A DNA stretch of 64,000 nucleotides from positions 1-64,000 of the IMG/VR virus record IMGVR_UViG_3300043172_000590, one strand, 5' to 3'. Source of the stretch: a virus. The notes beneath the pieces were generated by a model. It searched no databases. It was not told the DNA's origin and saw nothing but the letters and a program-made list of their open reading frames with translations. Made by a program: the position numbers and the translations under genes. Below are positions 16,554 to 26,020 of the stretch, piece after piece. Position 1 is the stretch's first letter. Each line of letters opens with the position of its first letter.

Positions 16554-18344
16554 ATGAAAAGAGAATTGACAGAAGCAGCCAAGGCAGCCAAGGCAATAAG
16601 AACTGAGTTAAAAGAGGAATTTCCGGGAGTTAAATTCTCGGTTAAGTCGTCCAATTTTTCAATGGGAGACAGCGTCCACATATCCTATGTTGATGGACCG
16701 TTAACAAAAGATGTAGTAATCATCACAGGTAAGTATCAGCAGGGACATTTCGACGGAATGACAGATATGTATGAGTATTCCAACAGCAGAGACGACATAC
16801 CTCAAAGCAAATACGTACAAGTTGGTCGCACCATGTCAGCAGAGACGAGGGATGCGATATGGAAACATCTACAGGAGACGTTGACCGGATGCGAGGGCAA
16901 GGATATTGAGTCTCTTATTCCTGAATGGAACCAGTACGGATCACATTTAACCTACCGTGTATTTTCAGAGACTAACTACTATACTGAGCCTGAAAAGAAA
17001 GAGTTATCCGCATCTACCGTGGAAGGATTAGATTTTGAAATGGAAAAAACAGTGCACACTAAGAAGGGGCACGACGTCTGGGTAGCTAAATCATCTACCC
17101 GTGTCGGCAAAGATGAGTTCAGGGACTTGCTGGACTGCGCTAAGATGCTGGGAGGGTACTACTCTTCGTACAGTAGAGACGGAGCAGTGCCAGGTTTTCA
17201 GTTTAAATCAGATGAGGCATGCAGGGAGTTTGTAGCTAAATGTAGTAGCGAGACAAAAGAGCCGGTCGATAACACTATTGAGACATCAACAGTAACATCG
17301 AAGACGACAACAAAGAAGTCCGATGTAAAAAATGAGGTAATGGCTGCTAAGTGGCAGAAGCTTTCTGATTCATACAGAAACGAGAGCGACAAGCTGTATG
17401 ACAGGTTGAAGAATGCGCAGACCAATACACCTAAGCGGAACAGGGAATATAATTCCAAGAAAATTGATGCTGATATATTGAGTGATGTATCTATTCTTGC
17501 TCATGGTATTGCATTAGGATACGAGGATGGGACTTTAGCCGAAGAGTTAAAAGTATTGCAGCCAATTAAAAATAAAAGACAACTAATGATGTTTGTCCCG
17601 GGCCATGCTAATACCGGTGGATACTACGACGCCTTTAGAGACACCGTTCCGAATTACAAAAGGAATGGCAATATCACTGCTGGATTAAATGATGTGGGTA
17701 TTGAGACTGAGGCGCAAGCGGATAAGATACTGGAATTATTGAGCGCATTGGATAATACAAGCTCAGCGGAAAAAGAGAAGAGAAAAAACGAGGACAGGAT
17801 TAAGCAGTTGGAGGATAATTTTAAGTTTCAGAAAATCAAAGGATTCTTCCCTACCCCTCTCGATATGGGGCGTGAAATGCTGAGCAGATTGGGAATAACA
17901 AACGGGCAAACTATATCTGATCCATCTGCAGGGCTTGGGCATTTAGCTGCGATTGTCAAGGAAGAATATCCAGACAACACACTGAAAACATTTGAGATAA
18001 GACCCGCTCTCTCGGAAATCCTAACACTCAAAGGATTCGATAATACGTGCGCCGACTTTCTTGAGTGCGATGAGAAATTTGATAGGTTTATTATGAACCC
18101 CCCATTTGAAAACTCACAGGATATTGACCACGTTCGTCATGCGTACTCGTTATTAAACGATGGCGGCAGGATTGTATCTATCATGGGGTCTGGCACATTT
18201 CACAACTCTTCCAAAAAACATAAGGAGTTTCAAGCGTGGATTGACGAGATTGGCGCCGAGTATGAAACAAATCCCGAGGGCTCATTCAAGGGAGCATTTA
18301 AAAGTACAATGGTTGGCTCCTGTATAGTTGTAATTGATAAATAA
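16554..18344 (+). CDS. LPD29 domain + N6-adenine methyltransferase fusion
   Basis: N-terminal AKAIRTELKEEFPGVKFSVKS..FSMGDSV.I.Y.DGP (LPD29); C-terminal FFPTP, DPSAGLG, MNPPF. Confidence 0.82.
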   Translation: MKRELTEAAKAAKAIRTELKEEFPGVKFSVKSSNFSMGDSVHISYVDGPLTKDVVIITGKYQQGHFDGMTDMYEYSNSRDDIPQSKYVQVGRTMSAETRDAIWKHLQETLTGCEGKDIESLIPEWNQYGSHLTYRVFSETNYYTEPEKKELSASTVEGLDFEMEKTVHTKKGHDVWVAKSSTRVGKDEFRDLLDCAKMLGGYYSSYSRDGAVPGFQFKSDEACREFVAKCSSETKEPVDNTIETSTVTSKTTTKKSDVKNEVMAAKWQKLSDSYRNESDKLYDRLKNAQTNTPKRNREYNSKKIDADILSDVSILAHGIALGYEDGTLAEELKVLQPIKNKRQLMMFVPGHANTGGYYDAFRDTVPNYKRNGNITAGLNDVGIETEAQADKILELLSALDNTSSAEKEKRKNEDRIKQLEDNFKFQKIKGFFPTPLDMGREMLSRLGITNGQTISDPSAGLGHLAAIVKEEYPDNTLKTFEIRPALSEILTLKGFDNTCADFLECDEKFDRFIMNPPFENSQDIDHVRHAYSLLNDGGRIVSIMGSGTFHNSSKKHKEFQAWIDEIGAEYETNPEGSFKGAFKSTMVGSCIVVIDK

Positions 18345-18351
18345 TAGGCAT

Positions 18352-18729
18352 ATGAACTACAGAAAAGAATTAGAAGACTTAGAGAAAAAGATATCTAACA
18401 GGTTCAATGATTTGACCGACAGATACGACTCCCATAATTTCCTATCGCCTCTATTTGAAGTGCATACAATACTTACCGATGAGGAGATGATAGAGGCACT
18501 GGAAGAAAAGAACGAACTCGACTCCCTTCCTCGAATAGAGGTATATACTACCTACGGTGATGTATTTGACATCTTCGTTACCTCTGTTATTGGGAAGGAC
18601 ATTTATGGAGTGGATGTGGAAGAAACGGACTCCGACAAGACTGCAAGATTTACTAACATCACATCCACATTATCCCGCATAAATCTGATTGAATCCATGA
18701 TTAAATTAAAAGGTATTAAAAATGAGTAG
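18352..18729 (+). CDS. Hypothetical protein
   Basis: ORF 18334-18729; likely ATG start MNYRKEL. Confidence 0.6.
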   Translation: MNYRKELEDLEKKISNRFNDLTDRYDSHNFLSPLFEVHTILTDEEMIEALEEKNELDSLPRIEVYTTYGDVFDIFVTSVIGKDIYGVDVEETDSDKTARFTNITSTLSRINLIESMIKLKGIKNE

Positions 18730-18934
18730 GCCAATAATACTAATAGAGATTAAAGCCGGATGTTTAATAGCAACATCGGCGACCGAAGACATGGATATCC
18801 TGCTACTTGACCATGACTCCTTAGAGAAAGGACAGATAACATGCAAGGATATGCTTAAGCCTGACCAAGTAGTGTCGAGGAATGTAATTGTACTCACAGC
18901 TATGAAAAGGATGGCTGAGAATGATAATAGTTAA
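18722..18934 (+). CDS. Hypothetical protein
   Basis: 70-aa ORF overlapping the upstream stop. Confidence 0.6.
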   Translation: MSRPIILIEIKAGCLIATSATEDMDILLLDHDSLEKGQITCKDMLKPDQVVSRNVIVLTAMKRMAENDNS

Positions 18935-18938
18935 TTAG

Positions 18939-19343
18939 TTGATAGTGAACAAGGAGGAACATATGAAAGCAATTGATAAAATGACAGACCATGAAGTCTG
19001 GTTGGATTGGGTCAATAATTTTGTGACAGTAGAGGCCATGGCGGAATATTACTCCGTAGGTGCCATAGAGATACACAACAAGCTAACCTTAGGGCGTAAT
19101 GAGCACGATAGGTTAGCGAAAATAGAGAAAGCAAAGAAAACCCTCTCAGATGTCGGTTTCCATACCGATAACCTCTGGCATATTGATGATGTCAAGTCAA
19201 AGTTTAAATGCACAGGCAAACAGGCCATGAGTATTCTCAGCGAGGCATTGGCTAATGATGCGACCATGCAGCAGATATGGTACGCTATTGGGTTTCATGC
19301 GGAAGAGGAGGGGCTGTGTGAGGTGGAAGAGGAGCCAGTTTGA
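18939..19343 (+). CDS. Hypothetical protein
   Basis: WLDWVNNFVTVE.MAEYY and NLWHIDDV segments typical of phage early proteins. Confidence 0.65.
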   Translation: MIVNKEEHMKAIDKMTDHEVWLDWVNNFVTVEAMAEYYSVGAIEIHNKLTLGRNEHDRLAKIEKAKKTLSDVGFHTDNLWHIDDVKSKFKCTGKQAMSILSEALANDATMQQIWYAIGFHAEEEGLCEVEEEPV

Positions 19344-19384
19344 AAATTATATATCTTAACATTTTTACATAAAATTGATTTAAA

Positions 19385-19624
19385 ATGAAAACATTAAAAT
19401 TATTACAACGCAATTTACTATGCATATTGCTATGCGTTATCCTGTGTGCCGGATGCAAGACCGAAGAAACTAAACCAAAACCGTTTGAATTACCACGTAA
19501 TGATATTATGGTTATTTTTGAAAACGGGTACAAAAAAGGTGCACTACATGTGCTAGAAGAGGGTTGCTACAAGCCTGAAAGATGGGAAAAAGATTCTGTT
19601 TCAGTGGTTGTGTTTTGGCAATAA
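19385..19624 (+). CDS. Putative lipoprotein
   Basis: Hydrophobic N-terminus ending LCAG-C (lipobox). Confidence 0.6.
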   Translation: MKTLKLLQRNLLCILLCVILCAGCKTEETKPKPFELPRNDIMVIFENGYKKGALHVLEEGCYKPERWEKDSVSVVVFWQ

Positions 19625-19625
19625 T

Positions 19626-19852
19626 ACATAACGTAATTAATAAACGCAGTTTTATGAAGAATTTAATAGAAGAAATACAGTACCAATTTGAAATGCTAAA
19701 ACGATGGATGCGAGAACAAAAATTGCGTTTATTTGGTGTTAGCAGGTCGTTTTATTGCCAATCAGATATTGAAGGCAATAGAAAATGTAAAAACCAATGC
19801 GACCACTGCAAAGAATATTACAAACCATTAGAGCAATAATATGACTGCTAAC
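19626..19852 (+). mobile_element. attC-like interlocking inverted repeats (cassette remnant)
   Basis: ACATAAC(19626)...aataaacgcagtttt / aaaattgcgtttatt...GTTAGCA(19738); second IR 19738-19758/19833-19852. Confidence 0.5.
19654..19839 (+). CDS. Small Cys-rich protein spanning the attC-like junction
   Basis: MKNLIEE...LFGVSRSFYC...CKNQCDHC. Confidence 0.6.
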   Translation: MKNLIEEIQYQFEMLKRWMREQKLRLFGVSRSFYCQSDIEGNRKCKNQCDHCKEYYKPLEQ

Positions 19853-19870
19853 TAGCAAATAGACACACCC

Positions 19871-19975
19871 ATGAAATTAGACAAAGATAAAGTAGAGATA
19901 ATACTCGGTTCTGTAGTATTGGCAATAGGATTGTTTTTAGTTGGCATATTACTGAACCTATTTGGAGGAAATTAA
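19871..19975 (+). CDS. Small membrane protein (34 aa)
   Basis: Not in the track; single hydrophobic helix. Confidence 0.45.
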   Translation: MKLDKDKVEIILGSVVLAIGLFLVGILLNLFGGN

Positions 19976-19979
19976 AATT

Positions 19980-20516
19980 ATGGAATTACTGCCAGGAATA
20001 ACATTCACAGGAAAACACTTCACCGGAAGAGTGGAGGTGCTTGCAATTAATGAAGAGCATAACGTATTGTGGGTTAGGTGTACTAGCCGAATCAATGGCC
20101 ATTGCTCTCAATTTACAGAGCATTGGGATCTGCAGCATGTAAGATGGGGTATTGAACAGGGAGAATATACCTACGCTCAATTCCCAAATTATCCGTCAGC
20201 CCATTTTTCTGGATTTACTGAGAAGGAGAAATTTATAGATGAGTGTGAAAAACTTGACAATCAATTGTATCATAAGCTCAGAGAGGCAGGGATTGAAAAG
20301 GCGAAAACTCCCGACCACGATAATGTTCCAGATGCTTCTGGCAATCCTATATTTATCCGTCCCACAATGGATGATTTTAAGGATATGTATGGCAGGTCGA
20401 AGCAACTAACCCACGGACACTACGATACTATAAGGACGAGCGTAAAGATAGAGCGGAACAAGCCGTGTCCTTGTGGCTCTAAGAAGAAATATAAAAAGTG
20501 TTGTTTAAATAAATAA
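19980..20516 (+). CDS. SEC-C motif protein
   Basis: C-terminal RNKPCPCGSKKKYKKCC. Confidence 0.8.
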   Translation: MELLPGITFTGKHFTGRVEVLAINEEHNVLWVRCTSRINGHCSQFTEHWDLQHVRWGIEQGEYTYAQFPNYPSAHFSGFTEKEKFIDECEKLDNQLYHKLREAGIEKAKTPDHDNVPDASGNPIFIRPTMDDFKDMYGRSKQLTHGHYDTIRTSVKIERNKPCPCGSKKKYKKCCLNK

Positions 20517-20524
20517 TCGGACAT

Positions 20525-20851
20525 ATGTTATACATCTTAAAGAACCACAGGACTTCGATTGAAGGTGAATGGAAGTATTTCATCTTTGATAGTGAATGGC
20601 AAACAAGGAGCGAATTTACCGCTATGCCTGAAATGGCTAAGGAGAAAGCCCGTATGTTTCAAATGAAGGCAATAAGTCCGCTATACGCTAAGCAGTACTT
20701 TGAATTTAAGGCTGTAGCACTAGAGGATTTTATGTCGAATATAAAGGCCTATCGAGTGAGTCGATTTAATCTCTTGCTGGGTAAGGTCTTGGCAGTAATA
20801 TTGATAATTATAATTGCATGCTTCGCTCTGGGGCTGCATAATAAAATTTAA
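20525..20851 (+). CDS. Hypothetical protein with C-terminal TM helix
   Basis: 108-aa ORF. Confidence 0.6.
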   Translation: MLYILKNHRTSIEGEWKYFIFDSEWQTRSEFTAMPEMAKEKARMFQMKAISPLYAKQYFEFKAVALEDFMSNIKAYRVSRFNLLLGKVLAVILIIIIACFALGLHNKI

Positions 20852-20852
20852 T

Positions 20853-21203
20853 ATGAACAATCTAAACAGCAAACAAATAAATGGAATAGTCGAGTGGCTT
20901 GAATCATGGAGCGTCATAAAGGGCACTATTATTCCGTCCCAGTTCAGGGAAGTGGCTGAGAAAAAAGGACACATACTGACCGGGGCCCTGGCAAAAGAAG
21001 CCTTTGCCAATTATGTGTCCGGTAGAATAAAACCAGTCACCCCAAGCATGGGAGGATACTGGTTTGATTATGACAAGAACATATTTATTGCATATAGTTT
21101 CTCTTCTTTCGAGCTGTTTCAAGAAGAGTTTGGTAATCCGGTAGAAGCTCATAAATACGCTAAAGGCGAAGAGGCGACTCTTCCTAGTGGAGATAAGATT
21201 TAA
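20853..21203 (+). CDS. Hypothetical protein
   Basis: Likely start MNNLNSKQ. Confidence 0.6.
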   Translation: MNNLNSKQINGIVEWLESWSVIKGTIIPSQFREVAEKKGHILTGALAKEAFANYVSGRIKPVTPSMGGYWFDYDKNIFIAYSFSSFELFQEEFGNPVEAHKYAKGEEATLPSGDKI

Positions 21204-21226
21204 TTATTTACTAATATATAATACAG

Positions 21227-21478
21227 ATGTTTAAAAATAAAGGGCAAATAGTAGAGATTGTAAATAGGGCGGTCCCCTACTCTGGACAGATATGTAACTG
21301 GCAACTCGATAGAGGCGATGGTTCTGTCAAGTTTGATTGGAGAGGCGCCACTTATCGGGTTGAGATCGATGGTTCGGTACGAGAAATAGGGGGCAACCTT
21401 GAAAAGAGTGGTTCTGAGTCTATGCTCATGGAGGCTCTTCTTGGGGCTGTGTTTACATTGAGCTGTAAAGAGGATTAA
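21227..21478 (+). CDS. Hypothetical protein
   Basis: 83-aa ORF. Confidence 0.6.
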   Translation: MFKNKGQIVEIVNRAVPYSGQICNWQLDRGDGSVKFDWRGATYRVEIDGSVREIGGNLEKSGSESMLMEALLGAVFTLSCKED

Positions 21479-21502
21479 ATTGTTTACTAATATTATTTAC
21501 AA

Positions 21503-21775
21503 ATGAAAAGAGCTGTCTATAAATATCCGCTAATGCGTACCACACAAGAAATCACTATGCCTAAGGGCTCAGTGATACTTAGCGTTCAAGCACAGAATGA
21601 CGAACCTCAAATATGGGCGCTCGTGCCTGTTGACGAGGAGGAGACGCAGGCGCGCAGAATATTTATCTTAAATACCGGAGAACCGATAGATGTTATCACA
21701 GAGTGCGTCTTTTTGGGCACGTTTCAGTTAAGGAATGGAGCTTATGTGGGACATGTTTTTGAGATGATAACATAG
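21503..21775 (+). CDS. Conserved phage protein (IYKY...GHVFE family)
   Basis: VYKYPL...MPKGS.ILSVQAQ...IWALV...TG...GTFQ...VGHVFE. Confidence 0.75.
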   Translation: MKRAVYKYPLMRTTQEITMPKGSVILSVQAQNDEPQIWALVPVDEEETQARRIFILNTGEPIDVITECVFLGTFQLRNGAYVGHVFEMIT

Positions 21776-21792
21776 AAATTCATAGGTGTAAT

Positions 21793-21822
21793 TTTGTTTT
21801 TCTGATTTTTGTGGTACTTTTG
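21793..21822 (+). promoter_or_regulatory. Bacteroidota -33/-7 promoter
   Basis: TTTG (21793) and TACTTTTG (21815-21822). Confidence 0.55.
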
Positions 21823-22244
21823 AGGTGTTAATCACAGGTGGATTAGAATACGCCTCAAAGAGAATACGTCATGAAAATCGAGAATAATTTACATTCTATA
21901 ATAAATCCGACCTTTGGCTTGACGTATGCTAATTCTAAGGGGTCGGATTTTTCTTTTTCTTTCTACGATACGTAAGGCTACACACGAAAGGTAGATAGAA
22001 CAAACTACTCAAAATATAGTTTCACACCGAAAAAAGGCAGCGCTTATTGCGCGCGTTTTGCTGTTTAAATTGTAGTATGATTTCTGGGTACTTATTTTCT
22101 GCTACGAGCCTCAACCGATTCCTCGATTGTTTATACGGATGATATGGTACAGATAACTACTCTTCTTTCTGGGAGGGGGAGGGGTACTTATCTTTTTTAC
22201 CTTCCCTTCAAACCTCTTCATGTTTACCGGATAACACGCATACA

Positions 22245-22676
22245 ATGAAAAAGAAAGGCAAACATCAAGTATCAAAAGAGCTGAAACAACGAAAAGCAAA
22301 TAGAACTAAGGCACGTAAATACTCAGGACAATTAAAAAGACGAATCACAAGAGCTGAAAGAATGGTTAAGAGCATCTTGGATGAAGATGGAATAATCTAC
22401 ACTTTTCAGAAACCATTCTACTCACATAATTGTTGTTATATTGTCGATTTCTACTTTGAAAATAAACTAGGAAGGAAATACATAATTGAGCTAGACGGCA
22501 AGACTCATAATCGACACACTAAAGCATATGATAAGAATCGATCATTTTTCTTATATCACAAAAAGGAATGTGCTGTCATTAGGTTTAGAAACGAGGATGT
22601 ATTCAATGATATCGACAAGATTATAGATAAAATTTATAGCTTACACCCCCAATGTATTGATGATATTTTTATGTGA
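22245..22676 (+). CDS. DUF559/Vsr-like PD-(D/E)xK endonuclease
   Basis: TRAE...FQKPF...YIVDFY...IIELDG..H...D..R...VIRFRNEDV. Confidence 0.85.
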   Translation: MKKKGKHQVSKELKQRKANRTKARKYSGQLKRRITRAERMVKSILDEDGIIYTFQKPFYSHNCCYIVDFYFENKLGRKYIIELDGKTHNRHTKAYDKNRSFFLYHKKECAVIRFRNEDVFNDIDKIIDKIYSLHPQCIDDIFM

Positions 22677-22748
22677 AAAGGGCGCGTTCTGTACTGAAAA
22701 ATGATTACCAGATAATTAAAAGTACTTACATATACACAGTTTAAACTT

Positions 22749-23075
22749 ATGGAATATTTATTAGGAGCCTTTGGGCTAGGCGTATTTTTGATGATAGCCT
22801 ACCAGTGCACTGGATTCACCAAGCAGATACACGTCAAGACCACAGATGAAGCTAGGTCTTTGATTAGAAAAAAGTACGGTGCTGACTGTAATGGATTTAC
22901 TTCTTGCGGACAGGGATTTTATATAAAAGGATCTGACGATGTGTATTATTGTTTTTTAGACAGTGCGGGCTCCGATAAGAAGTATGGATTGTATTTTTTA
23001 TATTATAAAACTCATTCAGACGCTAAAGCATATGATGTGTGCGATATAGGAATGGCACTTACTGGTCCCTTTTAA
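22749..23075 (+). CDS. Hypothetical protein with N-terminal TM
   Basis: 108-aa ORF. Confidence 0.55.
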   Translation: MEYLLGAFGLGVFLMIAYQCTGFTKQIHVKTTDEARSLIRKKYGADCNGFTSCGQGFYIKGSDDVYYCFLDSAGSDKKYGLYFLYYKTHSDAKAYDVCDIGMALTGPF

Positions 23076-23087
23076 CACCCCCGCAAG

Positions 23088-23135
23088 ATGATACAAATAG
23101 GAATAGAAGAAGCTAAGCTGATTATTAAAATATAG
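23088..23135 (+). pseudogene. Truncated copy of the 5' end of ORF 7282-7422
   Basis: MIQIGIEEAKLIIKI* with an early TAG. Confidence 0.65.
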
Positions 23136-23160
23136 CACACACTACCTAAATCAAAAGAGT

Positions 23161-23388
23161 ATGTTGGAATTTTTTACAGATGAGATAATAGATCTCACCT
23201 CTGACAACACAGCGGGAACGCTGCTTGACCGGGAGGCAATAGAATTGATTGTGAATATCATTATCGAAAAGCAGATTGTAAATAAGCCATACATAGATGT
23301 GCTTATAGCCAAGAACGAGAGCAATGGCGGCTATATGGCAAAGGCTAACGATTTCATTGATGTATTAGATCCTTATATTAACGGATAA
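23161..23388 (+). CDS. Hypothetical protein
   Basis: 75-aa ORF. Confidence 0.55.
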   Translation: MLEFFTDEIIDLTSDNTAGTLLDREAIELIVNIIIEKQIVNKPYIDVLIAKNESNGGYMAKANDFIDVLDPYING

Positions 23389-23403
23389 TTAAATATATGC
23401 ATT

Positions 23404-23889
23404 ATGCTAGTTAATTTAACACCAATAACAGAAGAAATAGAAAGGTGTAAGAGAATAGCAAAAGAGAATGAATTTGAATATGTGTCACAGTCTGACCCTA
23501 AATGGTTACAAGAGACTGGCATTTACCAATGTGCTTTTGCTTATAACTTTTCTGAGAATGAATTTGAGGAAACGAAAAAGCTTAATTGGGATGATAGGTA
23601 TAAGATTTTCCCTGATTCCAGCAAGGGCACTTTTGGAGTTGCTGATAATATAGACCAGATAAAAAGGTACTACAAAGAAGAGGTCGAGGATGAGACCGAG
23701 AGATACGCTATATGCGTAACGCCAGTGTGGCAGGATAAGGAAAACAAGGGCAACGGTGGCGGATGGAGATGGCATAAGTGGGGCGAATATATTGGAGAGT
23801 TAAATCCTCAATGGGAATATCTGGATGACGAAGATTTTGGAGAAGACTTTGAGTGCGTACTTGTATTTGGCATATTCAAAGTAAAGTAA
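23404..23889 (+). CDS. Conserved phage protein (GGWRWHKWG.YIG)
   Basis: Distinctive Trp-rich motif. Confidence 0.75.
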   Translation: MLVNLTPITEEIERCKRIAKENEFEYVSQSDPKWLQETGIYQCAFAYNFSENEFEETKKLNWDDRYKIFPDSSKGTFGVADNIDQIKRYYKEEVEDETERYAICVTPVWQDKENKGNGGGWRWHKWGEYIGELNPQWEYLDDEDFGEDFECVLVFGIFKVK

Positions 23890-23942
23890 ATATTGGCAGG
23901 AATAATCTCGATAAAAAGCACACTAATCCTAATACTAAACAG

Positions 23943-24233
23943 ATGAAAAAGAAGGAACAGCGAATCATGACAGTTACATACTGCGACTATTGCGGAGAGG
24001 AAATAGAAGGAAGTTATCATACATTACATAAAGCAGATAAAACTAAACTCGATTTTTGCAACGAAATAAAGGAGGGAAACAAGCATAATTGTTTAGTTAA
24101 TTTCCGGAAAGATCAAATGGCGAAGCCGTCTTGCGACTGCCTCCTTGGGGAGTGGTGTTCGAATTGCTATGAGTCCAAGAAGTCGATGCTAATGGGTGGC
24201 AGTGTTAATGCTTTAACGGAAAAGAAATCATGA
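23943..24233 (+). CDS. Zn-finger-like hypothetical protein
   Basis: Likely start MKKKEQ; CDYCG and CSNC motifs. Confidence 0.55.
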   Translation: MKKKEQRIMTVTYCDYCGEEIEGSYHTLHKADKTKLDFCNEIKEGNKHNCLVNFRKDQMAKPSCDCLLGEWCSNCYESKKSMLMGGSVNALTEKKS

Positions 24234-24297
24234 ACAACAAATTCACAAAAAGGCTAACTGCATACTTAGATAGTGAACAATAATATATAACTAACCA

Positions 24298-24891
24298 ATG
24301 GATAGAAAAGCTTATAAAATGATAGCTGAGCTTAGATACCAGCTACCCCCAATAAAAGAGACGCCTATCGGACAGAAATTTCACATCAATGAGATAGTTA
24401 GGATAATCGACATACAGGGCCATCCGTGTAGGATAGGGAGAGAGGGCAAGACAGCTAGGATACAGTACTCGTACAGCCAAAAATATAGTGGCGATGATGT
24501 TAAGTCGTATTCTTTAGAACATCTATGGGAAAAGAATTCGTCTGCGTGGTGGGATGAAGAGCAGCTGGAATTAGTTAAGGGGATTGACGAGATTAATGAC
24601 GAGATTGATTTGATTGAATACGAGAGACTAAAAGTTAAATATAAAACAAACGCTATGGGAACAATAAGCAATCCAACTTTCGACAACAAAGAGCGACGCA
24701 GATACTACGGTTTAAGGGTCGGGGATACAGTTAGGGTTAAAGATCCGGGTGGTCGAACATGGGGCACCAGGGAGGTTTTAGAATTATGTGCAGGAGACAA
24801 CAACCGAGTTGTCATAACTTCAGAAAAAGGAAATCCTATCGAATGGGTCGCCGAGTGGTGTGAAATCATAACTAAAATCGAGGATAAATAG
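24298..24891 (+). CDS. Hypothetical protein, two SH3-like modules
   Basis: FHINEIVRI...W..EEQLELV and LRVGDTVRV...W....CEII. Confidence 0.65.
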   Translation: MDRKAYKMIAELRYQLPPIKETPIGQKFHINEIVRIIDIQGHPCRIGREGKTARIQYSYSQKYSGDDVKSYSLEHLWEKNSSAWWDEEQLELVKGIDEINDEIDLIEYERLKVKYKTNAMGTISNPTFDNKERRRYYGLRVGDTVRVKDPGGRTWGTREVLELCAGDNNRVVITSEKGNPIEWVAEWCEIITKIEDK

Positions 24892-24899
24892 TATTAGGC

Positions 24900-25361
24900 A
24901 TGGAGATTCAATTCGGAAAAGGAAAGACAAAATACGGACCAGGCGTACAAATAGATTTAACTGGCGACGAAGTTGCAATAGCTATTAGTGCCTATTTGGT
25001 TGCACATGGAGCTCATATTAGTGGGGCAAGGACGATAAGGGTAAACGGCGAACTCTGCGAGAGTGGGAGTATCTACGTAGATCCTGATGGCTTCCTAATA
25101 AAGGATGGCGAAAAGTATTCTGGAAGAGGACCAAGTAATACTATGACAAAAGAGGAGTTTGCCCCCAAATTCAAAAAGCTTTGTCGCCAATTATCTGAAA
25201 GACAGGTTGCCGTAGAGTTCAAGAAAAAGCCTGACAAATATTATCAAGAGAAAAGAAACGAATTTATAAGCTTGATAGACAGGGCTGTTGCGTCTGGGTG
25301 GTTTGTTATACCTCCATCGAATACGAGAGTGTATAAAATATATCACGACAAATGGAATTAA
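24900..25361 (+). CDS. Hypothetical protein
   Basis: YGPGV.IDLTGDEVA.AI.AYLVAH...YVDP.G conserved phage domain plus extension. Confidence 0.7.
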   Translation: MEIQFGKGKTKYGPGVQIDLTGDEVAIAISAYLVAHGAHISGARTIRVNGELCESGSIYVDPDGFLIKDGEKYSGRGPSNTMTKEEFAPKFKKLCRQLSERQVAVEFKKKPDKYYQEKRNEFISLIDRAVASGWFVIPPSNTRVYKIYHDKWN

Positions 25362-25385
25362 AGACACTTAATAAATCTTAGAAAT

Positions 25386-25769
25386 ATGAAGCAGGAATTT
25401 GAAATGACACAGGAGGAAATGGACGATATTATCGCCATCAACAAAAGTCGAATGCCAGTAATGAAAATTGGTAACGTAACCACTGGAATGGACTTGCAGG
25501 AACGTATTAACGGATATTGGAAAGGCTTATCTGACAAATACGGATTCAAACAAATGACAGTTGAGGGTAGCAGTAGGGGAAAACTCTTCTTCTTGGCAGA
25601 ACCAAAGCCAATTGTTAAGCCTAAGACACGAGAAGAGATTGAAATGGATAAATACGACACTCTTCAAAAAATAGTTGACCAACTTGAAATGAGTGATTAC
25701 GAGTGCGAAGGAGGATATTTAAAAATGAATGTAGCATTTATGAAATTGAAGCAAATGGCTAAAGCCTAA
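25386..25769 (+). CDS. Hypothetical protein
   Basis: 127-aa ORF. Confidence 0.7.
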   Translation: MKQEFEMTQEEMDDIIAINKSRMPVMKIGNVTTGMDLQERINGYWKGLSDKYGFKQMTVEGSSRGKLFFLAEPKPIVKPKTREEIEMDKYDTLQKIVDQLEMSDYECEGGYLKMNVAFMKLKQMAKA

Positions 25770-26002
25770 TGAAAAGCACAATAACAATAACACCCATGTC
25801 CAATATAGAGAATACGAGGACACTCATAGACCACAAGGCGGTCACAACAGAAACTTGGGACAGCTTCATGGATGTGTTCGAGCTTAGAAATGTCCGTACC
25901 GATAAAAGACGAAGGACTAATCTAATGGATATCTCGCTGTATGATGACGTAATTGTACGTGCAGGGATAGAGTATAAGGTTTTAGGAATGATGACTAAAT
26001 AA
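25769..26002 (+). CDS. Hypothetical protein
   Basis: TAATG coupling with the upstream gene. Confidence 0.6.
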   Translation: MKSTITITPMSNIENTRTLIDHKAVTTETWDSFMDVFELRNVRTDKRRRTNLMDISLYDDVIVRAGIEYKVLGMMTK

Positions 26003-26020
26003 CTATTTAAAGTTTGCACT

